Assembly (NCBI GenBank): GCA_049972095.1 | Contig: JBMFKQ010000029.1 | Coordinates: 1-18,629, forward strand | DNA: 18,629 bases | Origin: Elusimicrobiales bacterium | GTDB lineage: Bacteria > Elusimicrobiota > Elusimicrobia > Elusimicrobiales > UBA9959 | Direction: 5' to 3' | In this document: one piece after another, positions 1 through 7,736 of the stretch | Layout of the letters: every line of letters starts with the position of its first letter | Position numbering within the stretch: position 1 is the stretch's first letter | Program-made: the position numbers and the translations under genes | Notes under the pieces: generated by a model | Told to the model about the DNA's origin: nothing | Seen by the model: only the letters and a program-made list of their open reading frames with translations | Databases searched by the model: none

Positions 1-1
1 A

Positions 2-214
2 AAAGTTTATGATACCCCCAAGACGCCTTATCAGAGACTTATTGAATGTCCTAATATGAAAGATGAAATTAAAAAAGAGCTTAATGATATTTTTAATTTG
101 CTTAACCTTATTGAATTAAGAAAAAAGCAAACTGAATTATTGGATGAATTATTTGGACTAAAAAAAGACAAAAAAGTTCTCTCTAGATTATGTGAAATTG
201 AATTGGTCGCTTGA
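2..214 (+). mobile_element. 3' end of a probable DDE (rve-type) transposase, ISNCY/IS1202-like; truncated by the window edge
   Basis: Frame 2 is open from base 2 to TGA 212-214: KVYDTPKTPYQRLIECPNMKDEIKKELNDIFNLLNLIELRKKQ.... The 'YD.PKTPYQRL' motif followed by a helical 'LN..ELRK' segment is what I recognise as the C-terminus of ISNCY-type integrase-core transposases. Not in the ORF track because there is no start codon. Confidence 0.65.
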
Positions 215-271
215 TGACAGAATTTAAATCTAATAGAATATATTACGATGACATGATATTTTTATCTAACA
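213..271. mobile_element. Probable IS right end with two imperfect subterminal repeats
   Basis: GATGACA-N8-ATCTAA (213-233) and GATGACA-N10-ATCTAA (247-269). The second ends in ACA at 269-271, read as 5'-TGT on the minus strand. Lies directly after the transposase stop. Confidence 0.45.
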
Positions 272-294
272 CAGTGCGAATCAAATGAAAATAT

Positions 295-371
295 GTGAAA
301 CGTGAGAGGTGGAACGTGAAAGGTGAGAGGTGAAATTTTAAATTTTGAATTATGAATTTTGGATTATGGAA
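295..371. repeat. Tandem heptamer repeat, 11 in-phase units of two types
   Basis: GTGAAAC GTGAGAG GTGGAAC GTGAAAG GTGAGAG GTGAAAT, then TTTAAAT TTTGAAT TATGAAT TTTGGAT TATGGAA, with an unbroken 7-bp period. Confidence 0.85.
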
Positions 372-401
372 GGGCAATGCCTTAGTTTGCTAACACTTGT
401 T

Positions 402-430
402 TTGACTTGATAGGGACAGCTGAGTATAGT
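402..430 (+). promoter_or_regulatory. sigma70-type promoter candidate P1 for the ftcd...hutU run
   Basis: TTGACT (402-407), 17-bp spacer, TATAGT (425-430); each box matches consensus at 5/6. Confidence 0.6.
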
Positions 431-444
431 GTTTTTAACGCAAC

Positions 445-548
445 TTAACACAAGCCTGATAAAAAGCCACCAAACCTAAAAATGATATAATAAAGATATG
501 TATTTTGTAAAAGTTGTGGATATTTTTATCTTGTGTTGATTTATTTTT
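445..548 (+). promoter_or_regulatory. Long imperfect hairpin followed by a T-rich tract in the 5' leader (possible attenuator/terminator)
   Basis: TTAACACAA 445-453 pairs with TTGTGTTGA 531-539 (one G-U), GATAAAAA 458-465 with TTTTTATC 523-530, and CCAC 467-470 with GTGG 516-519; followed by TTTATTTTT 540-548. Confidence 0.45.
483..491 (+). promoter_or_regulatory. Extended -10 promoter candidate P2
   Basis: TGATATAAT = TGn + perfect TATAAT (486-491), about 70 nt upstream of ATG 564; SD-like AGGGGG at 552-557. Confidence 0.5.
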
Positions 549-563
549 CATAGGGGGTTTTTT

Positions 564-1583
564 ATGAAGTTTGTAGAGTGTGTGCCTAATTTTTCTGAGG
601 GTAGAGACAAATCTAAGATTGATGAGATAGTTAACTCTGCTAAAAGCGTAAGTGGGGTTTTGGTTTTAGATGTTGAAAGTGATGTTGATCATAACAGAAC
701 AGTTCTCACTTTCATCGCGCCGGTTGATAAAGCTGTTGAGGCGATGTTTAGAGTGGCAAAAAAATGTGTTGAGCTTATAGATCTCAATAAACACAAAGGA
801 GAACATCCAAGAATGGGGGCTCTTGATGTGGCACCTTTCATACCGATAATGGATACAACAATTGATGAGTGTATTGAGCTTGCAAAACAGCTTGGTAAGA
901 AAATAGCCGATGAGCTTGGTGTCCCTGTCTATCTATATGATCAGGCTGCTCAAAGAGAGGATAGAAAAGACCTTGCAAAGGTAAGAAAAGGGCAGTTTGA
1001 AGGATTAAAACAAGAGATCGGCAAAAATCCTGATAGGATTCCTGATTTTGGTCCAAATATGATTCACCCTACAGCGGGAGCCGTGGCTGTTGGTGCAAGG
1101 TATCAGATAGTCAACTTCAATGTAAACCTTGATACCACAGACATAGATTTTGCAAAGAATCTTGCAAAGAAGATAAGAACAAGTGGTGGAGGGCTCCCTG
1201 CACTTAGAGCAAAAGAGATTTTTCTTGAGTCGAAAAATCAAGTTCAGATATCAACAGTCCTTACAAATTATGAGGTCACATCACTTAAAAGGGTCATTGA
1301 TGAGATAAAAAAAGAAACGGAACCAAAGGGTATAAAAATAACAGACACAGAGCTTATAGGACTTACAACAACAAAACCTCTTGTTGATTATGCTGTATCA
1401 GAGCTTAAGGTTTCAAACTTCAGTTTTGAGAATCAGATCCTTGAAAATAAAATAATGAAATTTCTTGTTCGATTGGAAGGTTTCAAGTATGGCTCTTATA
1501 GAAGCTCTTTCAAACACAGAACCAACCCCTGGCGGAGGGGCTGCTGCTGCTATATGTGGTGCGATGGGAGTCGCTCTTATTGA
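564..1583 (+). CDS. ftcD: Glutamate formiminotransferase (FTCD transferase domain); last ~40 codons look like an out-of-frame tail
   Basis: N-terminal ECVPNFSEGR, DHNRTV, GEHPRMGALDVAPFIP (catalytic His), GVPVYLY, VRKGQFEGL, HPTAGAVAVGAR. Family similarity ends near QILENKI (~aa 297). Confidence 0.95.
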   Translation: MKFVECVPNFSEGRDKSKIDEIVNSAKSVSGVLVLDVESDVDHNRTVLTFIAPVDKAVEAMFRVAKKCVELIDLNKHKGEHPRMGALDVAPFIPIMDTTIDECIELAKQLGKKIADELGVPVYLYDQAAQREDRKDLAKVRKGQFEGLKQEIGKNPDRIPDFGPNMIHPTAGAVAVGARYQIVNFNVNLDTTDIDFAKNLAKKIRTSGGGLPALRAKEIFLESKNQVQISTVLTNYEVTSLKRVIDEIKKETEPKGIKITDTELIGLTTTKPLVDYAVSELKVSNFSFENQILENKIMKFLVRLEGFKYGSYRSSFKHRTNPWRRGCCCYMWCDGSRSY

Positions 1584-2061
1584 GATGGCTTTTGGCATAA
1601 CGCTTAAATCAAAAAAAACAGCTGAAGAGCATAAGAAGATAATATCTGAGAAAATACTGTATCTGAAGGATATGAGAAAAAAGATTGAATCAAAGATTAT
1701 TGAGGACTGCATAAGCTTTGATAATGTTATGAAGGCTTTTAAAATTCCAAAGGATGAACCAACAAGGAAAGAAAAGATACAGCAGGCACTTATTTATGCA
1801 GCTGATGTCCCACTTTCAACAGCTGTGTTATGTAGCCAGGTCATTGAGGGTGTAAGAGATTTGAAGGATGCTGTTAAGCAGGATGTTATATCAGATTACA
1901 GAAGTGGAATATATATTCTTTCAGCCGCAGTGAAATCTGCAGTTGAAAATGTTTATATAAATGTCAAATCCATAGAAAATACAGAGATATCAAAAAGACT
2001 TTTGTCTGAGGCTGACAGGTGCAAGAAAATAGCTGAGGATATCTTTTTTGTGGCTATATGA
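1465..2061 (+). CDS. Formiminotetrahydrofolate cyclodeaminase (FTCD_C / cyclodeaminase-cyclohydrolase family); probably the frameshifted C-terminal half of FTCD
   Basis: ALSNTEPTPGGGAAAA, D..SFDNVMKAFKIPK, IQQALIYAADVPL, SAVENVYIN. Lies in the +1 frame and overlaps the upstream ORF by 119 nt. Start uncertain: TTG 1465 has no SD, while ATG 1489 has GGAAGG at 1475-1480. Confidence 0.9.
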   Translation: MFDWKVSSMALIEALSNTEPTPGGGAAAAICGAMGVALIEMAFGITLKSKKTAEEHKKIISEKILYLKDMRKKIESKIIEDCISFDNVMKAFKIPKDEPTRKEKIQQALIYAADVPLSTAVLCSQVIEGVRDLKDAVKQDVISDYRSGIYILSAAVKSAVENVYINVKSIENTEISKRLLSEADRCKKIAEDIFFVAI

Positions 2062-2074
2062 GATTGGAGGGAAA

Positions 2075-3715
2075 ATGCCACAGCTCGACCCGATAACAAG
2101 AAATCTAATGCTTGACTCATTAAAAGAATATGCAAAAAGAAGGTTAGAATATAGTTTTTTAAGGGAGCTTGATGCAAAGAATGAATGCCCTTTAGATATT
2201 CTCAAAGAGATGTATGATCCCTCTGTTTTAGGAATACATCTTGTAGCAATACCTAAGGAATACGGGGGCTTAGGGGGAGGAACCTTTGACTTATATAGAA
2301 TATGTGAGCTTCTTGCAAGAATAGATCTTGGAATTGCAACAAGCGTTTTTGCAACATATCTTGGAATTGACCCTATCAATGTTGGTGGAAGTGAGGAGCA
2401 AAAAGCAAAATGGCTTAAAAGAATAGCAAAGGAAAGATTGATAGTTGCATATGCTGCGACTGAACCTGATGCTGGAAGTGACCTTGTAAATCTAAAAACG
2501 AGGGCAGAGCGTGTTATTAAGGATGGGAAGATCGTAGGATATAAAATAACTGGAATAAAACAGTGGATTTCAAACGGCGGTATTGCAGATCTATATACAG
2601 TGCTTGCTAAGGCTTGTGGAGGTCCAAGCTGGTTTATAGTTGAGAGGAACACCCCAGGATTTAGCCCGGCTCATCATGAGGACAAACATGGAATAAGGCT
2701 TTCAAACACAGCAGGACTTTGTCTTGATGAGGTTTATGTGCCTTTTGAAAATCTGATAGGTGGTGTTGAAGGGCAGGGGCTTTTACAGGCTCAGGCTGTT
2801 TTTGGATATACAAGGCTTATGGTTGCTGCCTTTGGGCTTGGTTGTGGCTGGGCTGCCTTAGAGACTGCTATAAGATACTCACAGCAAAGAATACAAGCAG
2901 GTGGCCCTTTATCTGAAAAACAAGGATATACTCATAAGCTTATAGTACCTCATGCTGTTAATCTTGAGGCTGCACGGGCTTATATAGAACACATAGCAAA
3001 TAGGCTTGATTTAGGCGAGAAGGAGCTTCAAACAGAGGGTGCAATTGCAAAATATTTTGCGACCGAAGCTGGAAATAAGGTGAGTGAGGATTCTATTCAG
3101 GCTCTTGGTGGATATGGATATACAAGGGATTTCCCTGTTGAGAAGATAAAGAGGGATGTTAAAATAACCTGTATATATGAGGGCACAAATGAGATAATGG
3201 AGATGACAATTTACAGAGGAAGATGGCAACAACATCTTAAATCTAAGGGTGAGTTTCATCTTTTAATGGCAAAGGATTGTGAGGAGTTATCCAAAAAGAA
3301 TCCTGATTGTGGGCTTTATGAAACATCTCTTGCGCTTAAAGCTCTTGCAGCGACTCTTGAGGAGTGTAGAGTAAATAGGCTTACAAGACATCAATATGTG
3401 ACATTTGTTCTTGGAAAGCTTATTAGCATAGCAGAACATGCATACATATTTTCAAAGACTGCTGCATCTGATAAACTCTGTGAGTCAATAAGATTTGATT
3501 TAAACACATACAGAGCAATGGCAAGGATCTTTGCAAAAAAAGCTGCCTTTCAAATAGCACACGAAGGGCTTTCTCTCGTGCTTTCTGCAAATGAGAAATC
3601 AGATACTCTTGCCAATAAGATAAATCTAATGGAGATTGAAAAAAGCCAGCATGGACTAATTGCAGATATGGATCTCGTTGCAAGATCTTTAACAGAGGTT
3701 TTTAAGTCGAGATGA
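2075..3715 (+). CDS. Acyl-CoA dehydrogenase family protein with a long C-terminal extension (546 aa)
   Basis: IPKEYGGLG, AYAATEPDAGSD, ITGIKQWISNG, EDKHGIR, IQALGGYGYTRDFPVE...RDVKITCIYEGTNEI (catalytic Glu position). Start moved to ATG 2075 because GGAGG lies at 2066-2070. Confidence 0.95.
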   Translation: MPQLDPITRNLMLDSLKEYAKRRLEYSFLRELDAKNECPLDILKEMYDPSVLGIHLVAIPKEYGGLGGGTFDLYRICELLARIDLGIATSVFATYLGIDPINVGGSEEQKAKWLKRIAKERLIVAYAATEPDAGSDLVNLKTRAERVIKDGKIVGYKITGIKQWISNGGIADLYTVLAKACGGPSWFIVERNTPGFSPAHHEDKHGIRLSNTAGLCLDEVYVPFENLIGGVEGQGLLQAQAVFGYTRLMVAAFGLGCGWAALETAIRYSQQRIQAGGPLSEKQGYTHKLIVPHAVNLEAARAYIEHIANRLDLGEKELQTEGAIAKYFATEAGNKVSEDSIQALGGYGYTRDFPVEKIKRDVKITCIYEGTNEIMEMTIYRGRWQQHLKSKGEFHLLMAKDCEELSKKNPDCGLYETSLALKALAATLEECRVNRLTRHQYVTFVLGKLISIAEHAYIFSKTAASDKLCESIRFDLNTYRAMARIFAKKAAFQIAHEGLSLVLSANEKSDTLANKINLMEIEKSQHGLIADMDLVARSLTEVFKSR

Positions 3716-3726
3716 ATGGAGGAAGG

Positions 3727-4518
3727 ATGAATATTTTTGTATGTGTTAAACAGGTTCCGGATACAACTGAGGTTAAGATAAATCCTCAGACAGGAACCTT
3801 GATAAGAAGTGGTGTTCCTTCAATACTCAACCCTTATGATCATTTTGCTCTTGTCAGTGCAGTTAAATTGAAAAAAGAGCATCCCCACTCCGCGCTTTAT
3901 GTTATCTCAATGGGACCACCTCAAGCAAAAGCAGTTATACAGCTTTCTCTTGCCCTTGGGGCTGATGCAGGATATCTTATAAGCGATCCTGCCTTTGCAG
4001 GCTCTGATACATGGGCAACATCCTATACACTTGCGCTTGCTATAAAAAAGATAGCAAAACCAGATATAGTTATATGTGGAATGCAGGCAATAGACGGTGA
4101 TACCGCTCAGGTTGGCCCAGGTATAAGTGCGCATCTTTCAATGCCTATTGTTGCCTTCTGCGACGAGATATCTGTTAAAGGCAGAAGGCTTGAAGCAAAA
4201 AAGCATATAGATGATGGTTATGATATTGTTGAGTGTGATCTTCCATGCGTTGTTACTATGGTCAAACCAAAGGATTTTGAACTTCCTTTCCCTTCTTTTG
4301 TAAATATTGTTGAGGCAGTTAATAAGAAGATGTTAGTTTTAACTGCCTCAGATATATCTGCAGATCCCTCAAAGATTGGACTTAAGGGTTCTCCTACGCA
4401 GGTTGCAAGGATATATCCACCTAAAAAAGAGATTAACACTGTCTTTATAAACACAACCTCCCTTGAGGCAGCAGCCAGAATAGTTGATATAATGAGGCAG
4501 GAGAATTTTATAAAGTGA
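3727..4518 (+). CDS. etfB: Electron transfer flavoprotein beta subunit
   Basis: MNIFVCVKQVPDT, LNPYD, SMGPP, SDPAFAGSDTWATS, CGMQAIDGDTAQVGP, IGLKGSPTQV. GGAGG at 3718-3722 supports ATG 3727. Confidence 0.96.
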   Translation: MNIFVCVKQVPDTTEVKINPQTGTLIRSGVPSILNPYDHFALVSAVKLKKEHPHSALYVISMGPPQAKAVIQLSLALGADAGYLISDPAFAGSDTWATSYTLALAIKKIAKPDIVICGMQAIDGDTAQVGPGISAHLSMPIVAFCDEISVKGRRLEAKKHIDDGYDIVECDLPCVVTMVKPKDFELPFPSFVNIVEAVNKKMLVLTASDISADPSKIGLKGSPTQVARIYPPKKEINTVFINTTSLEAAARIVDIMRQENFIK

Positions 4519-4531
4519 TGTGGAGGTATTT

Positions 4532-5743
4532 ATGCCTGCTATAGATGTGCTTTCAAACTGTATAGGATGCACAAGGTGTGTTGGAGTATGCCCTTTTGAT
4601 GCGATAAGGATGGTTGATAAAAAGGCTGTAATAGAGCTTTCAAGATGTAGACTGTGTGGTGCGTGTGTTGGTGTATGTCCTGTAAAAGCAATTGTCATAA
4701 ATAGAGAGTCTTTAAAGAAGGACTTTTCTTCATATAAGGATGTCTGGGTTTTTGTTGAGTTTTCAGACACTCCAAATCCTAATCTTCAGGGTGAGATTAA
4801 GAAGGTATCTTTTGAGCTTCTTTCTGAGGGTAGAAAGCTTGCTGATAAACTTAAACAGAGGTTGTGTGCAGTTGTTTTAACTGATAAAAATCGTGGCTAT
4901 GAGAAGATCCTTAAAGATTATGGTTGTGATGTTATGTATTTGGTTGAAAACAGTGAGTTTTTGCCATATGATTGTGAGATCTATTCAACAGCTATAATAT
5001 CGCTTGTAGTCAGATATAAACCATCGGTTTTTCTCTTCGGGGCAACATATAAAGGAAGGGAACTTGCACCTAAGGTTGCCACATCCCTTTATGTTGGTCT
5101 CACAGCAGATTGCACTGGGCTTGATATAAACTCAGATGGTCTTCTTGTTCAATCAAGGCCTGCGTTTGGTGGAAATATAATGGCAGATATTCTCTCGCCA
5201 AACTCAAGACCGCAGATGGCAACTGTAAGACCCAATGTTATGAGGATTTCAAAAACACCATCACCATCAGTTGAGGTTATAAAAGAAGATATAAAGATAG
5301 AGCCTTATCTAAGAAGAGTAATGGTTTTATCCAGACATAAAGAGGAAAGCAAAGCTCCAATAAAGCTTGAAAATGCTGAGATAATTGTATCAGGCGGAAG
5401 GGGGTTTAAGACCAAAGAGAGATTTGATATCCTTCACGAGCTTGCTTTGCTGCTTGGCGCGACTGTTGGAGCATCAAGAGCTGCTGTTGAAAGTGGCTTT
5501 ATAGATAAAAAACATCAGGTTGGTCAGAGCGGAACAACTGTTGCACCGAGACTATATCTTGCCTTTGGAATATCAGGGGCTGTTCAGCATCTTGTTGGAA
5601 TGAGAAACTCTGATGTTATTATAGCTGTTAATAAGGATCCAAATGCTATGATATTCAGTGTTTCAAAGTATGCTGTTATTGGTGATGCCTATGATATTGC
5701 AAAGAAGCTTATAGAGAAACTCAAAGAGAGGAAGAAAAATTAA
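4532..5743 (+). CDS. etfA: Electron transfer flavoprotein alpha subunit with an N-terminal 2x[4Fe-4S] ferredoxin domain
   Basis: Two CxxCxxCxxxCP motifs (CIGCTRCVGVCP, CRLCGACVGVCP), then GLTADCT, RPAFGGNIMA, RPQMATVRP, VSGGRG, GASRAAV, QVGQSGTTV, GISGAVQHLVGM. GGAGGT at 4522-4527 supports ATG 4532. Confidence 0.96.
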   Translation: MPAIDVLSNCIGCTRCVGVCPFDAIRMVDKKAVIELSRCRLCGACVGVCPVKAIVINRESLKKDFSSYKDVWVFVEFSDTPNPNLQGEIKKVSFELLSEGRKLADKLKQRLCAVVLTDKNRGYEKILKDYGCDVMYLVENSEFLPYDCEIYSTAIISLVVRYKPSVFLFGATYKGRELAPKVATSLYVGLTADCTGLDINSDGLLVQSRPAFGGNIMADILSPNSRPQMATVRPNVMRISKTPSPSVEVIKEDIKIEPYLRRVMVLSRHKEESKAPIKLENAEIIVSGGRGFKTKERFDILHELALLLGATVGASRAAVESGFIDKKHQVGQSGTTVAPRLYLAFGISGAVQHLVGMRNSDVIIAVNKDPNAMIFSVSKYAVIGDAYDIAKKLIEKLKERKKN

Positions 5744-5765
5744 TTAGTTGTGATTGAAGGAGTTG

Positions 5766-7733
5766 ATGAGCAGTGTGTTCAAAAATTTTTTTCGTTCTAT
5801 TGTGGTTCTTGGTTTTCTGCCTGTTGCCTTAACCCTTTTAATCATCCTTTATTTTCAGAGACTTTCAAAGAAAGAGCTTATTGAGGGATATCAAAAGCTT
5901 ACTGATACATTTGCATTTGCTTCATATGAAAGTATTAATAACTTTGCTAAAAGACTTGATTATCTCAAATATCTTAAATCAATTTATCCTGATGATAAAA
6001 AATTTCTGATATCAGTTCTTGCAAAATATCCTGAGGTTGTTTTTGCATGCTTGGTTGATGAAAGAGGTCTTGAAAAAACAAGGATATCCAAAAATGAGTT
6101 TGGAAAGGCTTTTGCTGTTGTGGATATCTCAAAGGAAAGATATTTTGATGATATAAAGAGAAATGCCGAGGGGGTTATTGGCAATTTCCAAATAAAAAGA
6201 GGTTATCCTCTTGCCACAATCGTATATCCTGTTGGTAAAGAATCTGTTTATACAATTGTTAATCTTATTGATTTTTTTAGCAATATATATCAGACAAGAA
6301 TAGGGGAAAGCGGTTTTGTCTTTTTTGTTTCTGATGATGGTAAGATACTCAGTGATAAGAGTTTTAGCATCAGCAGCAAGGATATAACCAGCATGATATC
6401 ACAAGATTCTGGCAGTTTTTCATCTTTTATTGGAGATGAAGAATATATCTTTGTTTTCAGAAGGGTTAGCGTTTTTGATTTTTACACTGTTGTTGCTCAA
6501 AGTAGTAAGGAGATGTTTAGAAATCTAAATATACTTTTTTATGGTGTTCTTTTTCTTCTTTTTCTTGTGCTGACTGTAAGCTACTTCATATCTTACATAA
6601 GTGCAAAAAAACTTACTGAGCCAATCTCTTGTGTTGTTGATGCAAGCTATAAGGTAGCTGATGGTGATTTTTCAGTTAGGGTTGATGTTGGAAGTGATAT
6701 TGCTGAGATAAACAAGCTTATAGATGTCTTCAATATGATGGTTGAAAAGCTCAAAGAGTATGAAGGTATGCAGATAGAAAAGATAATGGATGAAAGGGAA
6801 AAACTTAATGCAATAATAAGCACCATAGAAAGTGCGGTAGCATTAACACACCTTACAGGGGATGCGGTTTATATGAATCAAAGATGCGTAGAGATCGCTG
6901 GTGAAAATCCAAGAGATTTTTTCCATAGCCTTATAACAAGAGGCTTTAAGGAAAAAACCAATACTTTTGAAAAGAATAATAGGTATTATCAGTTTGTGGT
7001 TAGACTTGTCACCTTACTGAGGGATTATCCATTGCTCCTTTTTGTTGTTGAGGATATAACAGCAGAGGTAACACTTTACAGAGCAAAGGAGGAGGTTTTC
7101 AGATCAATAGTTCATGATGTGAGAAATCCACTTCTAAATATGCAGGGATATATCAAACTCCTTTCCTACGATGCTGATGAAAAGACAAAAAGATACATCT
7201 CTGCTCTTGAGAATGAAAGCAACATAATATTCAGAATGCTTGAAAATATTCTTGATATGGCGAGAATAGAAAATAAAACCATTTCCATCAACCTATCAAA
7301 AGTAGATATGGTGGAATTTATAAAGAGTATGTCTGAAAGATTTTCTGCAAGAGCATCTTATAAAAACATAGATTTCATCACTGAAATAAAAACTGATAAA
7401 GCCTATGCCGAGATTGATGAGGAGCTTTTCCAAAGGGCAGTTGATAATATTCTTTCAAATGCATTTAAATATACTCATTCAGGTGGTAGGGTTGTTCTGT
7501 GTCTTGAAAGAGAGGGGGGTATGATAAAGATATCTGTAAAAGACAATGGTAAAGGTATTGAAAAAGAAAGACTCAAGCATCTTTTTGAAAAATTTAGAAG
7601 TTTTTCTAGTGATGGATTTGGGCTTGGCCTTAGTATAGCTAAAGCGATTGTGGAGATGCATGGTGGAAGGATAGAGGTTGACTCTGAAAAGAATAAGGGT
7701 AGTGAGGTGAGAATATTTATCAACTGTGTGTGA
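5766..7733 (+). CDS. Membrane sensor histidine kinase (TM, Cache-like extracytoplasmic domain, TM, HAMP, degenerate PAS-like, HisKA, HATPase)
   Basis: Two hydrophobic TM segments; HAMP (LTEPI...VADGDFS...EINKLIDVFNMM); H-box HDVRNPL; N-box NILSNAFKY; G1 DNGKGI; G2 GFGLGLSI. Start uncertain (TTG 5754, ATG 5766 or GTG 5775). Confidence 0.93.
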   Translation: MSSVFKNFFRSIVVLGFLPVALTLLIILYFQRLSKKELIEGYQKLTDTFAFASYESINNFAKRLDYLKYLKSIYPDDKKFLISVLAKYPEVVFACLVDERGLEKTRISKNEFGKAFAVVDISKERYFDDIKRNAEGVIGNFQIKRGYPLATIVYPVGKESVYTIVNLIDFFSNIYQTRIGESGFVFFVSDDGKILSDKSFSISSKDITSMISQDSGSFSSFIGDEEYIFVFRRVSVFDFYTVVAQSSKEMFRNLNILFYGVLFLLFLVLTVSYFISYISAKKLTEPISCVVDASYKVADGDFSVRVDVGSDIAEINKLIDVFNMMVEKLKEYEGMQIEKIMDEREKLNAIISTIESAVALTHLTGDAVYMNQRCVEIAGENPRDFFHSLITRGFKEKTNTFEKNNRYYQFVVRLVTLLRDYPLLLFVVEDITAEVTLYRAKEEVFRSIVHDVRNPLLNMQGYIKLLSYDADEKTKRYISALENESNIIFRMLENILDMARIENKTISINLSKVDMVEFIKSMSERFSARASYKNIDFITEIKTDKAYAEIDEELFQRAVDNILSNAFKYTHSGGRVVLCLEREGGMIKISVKDNGKGIEKERLKHLFEKFRSFSSDGFGLGLSIAKAIVEMHGGRIEVDSEKNKGSEVRIFINCV

Positions 7734-7736
7734 TTT

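Noticed and set aside
295..371. Possible CRISPR array
   Set aside because: The period is 7 bp with no unique spacers, and no cas genes are present.
515..523. DnaA-box-like TGTGGATAT
   Set aside because: A single 8/9 match with no box cluster or dnaA/oriC context; it also forms part of the leader hairpin arm.
1500..1583. Cys-rich tail (GCCCYMWC) of the transferase ORF as a metal-binding domain
   Set aside because: It is the out-of-frame reading of the cyclodeaminase GGGAAAAICG codons (GCT GCT GCT read as TGC TGC).
2048..2074. ORF-track starts at 2048, 3712, 4520 and 11016
   Set aside because: For the first three the extensions contain the SD of a downstream ATG (2075, 3727, 4532); 11016 lies well inside the macrodomain gene, and ATG 11058 gives a typical coupled overlap.
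1990..2652. 220-aa minus-strand ORF
   Set aside because: Antisense shadow of the acyl-CoA dehydrogenase; no recognisable motifs.
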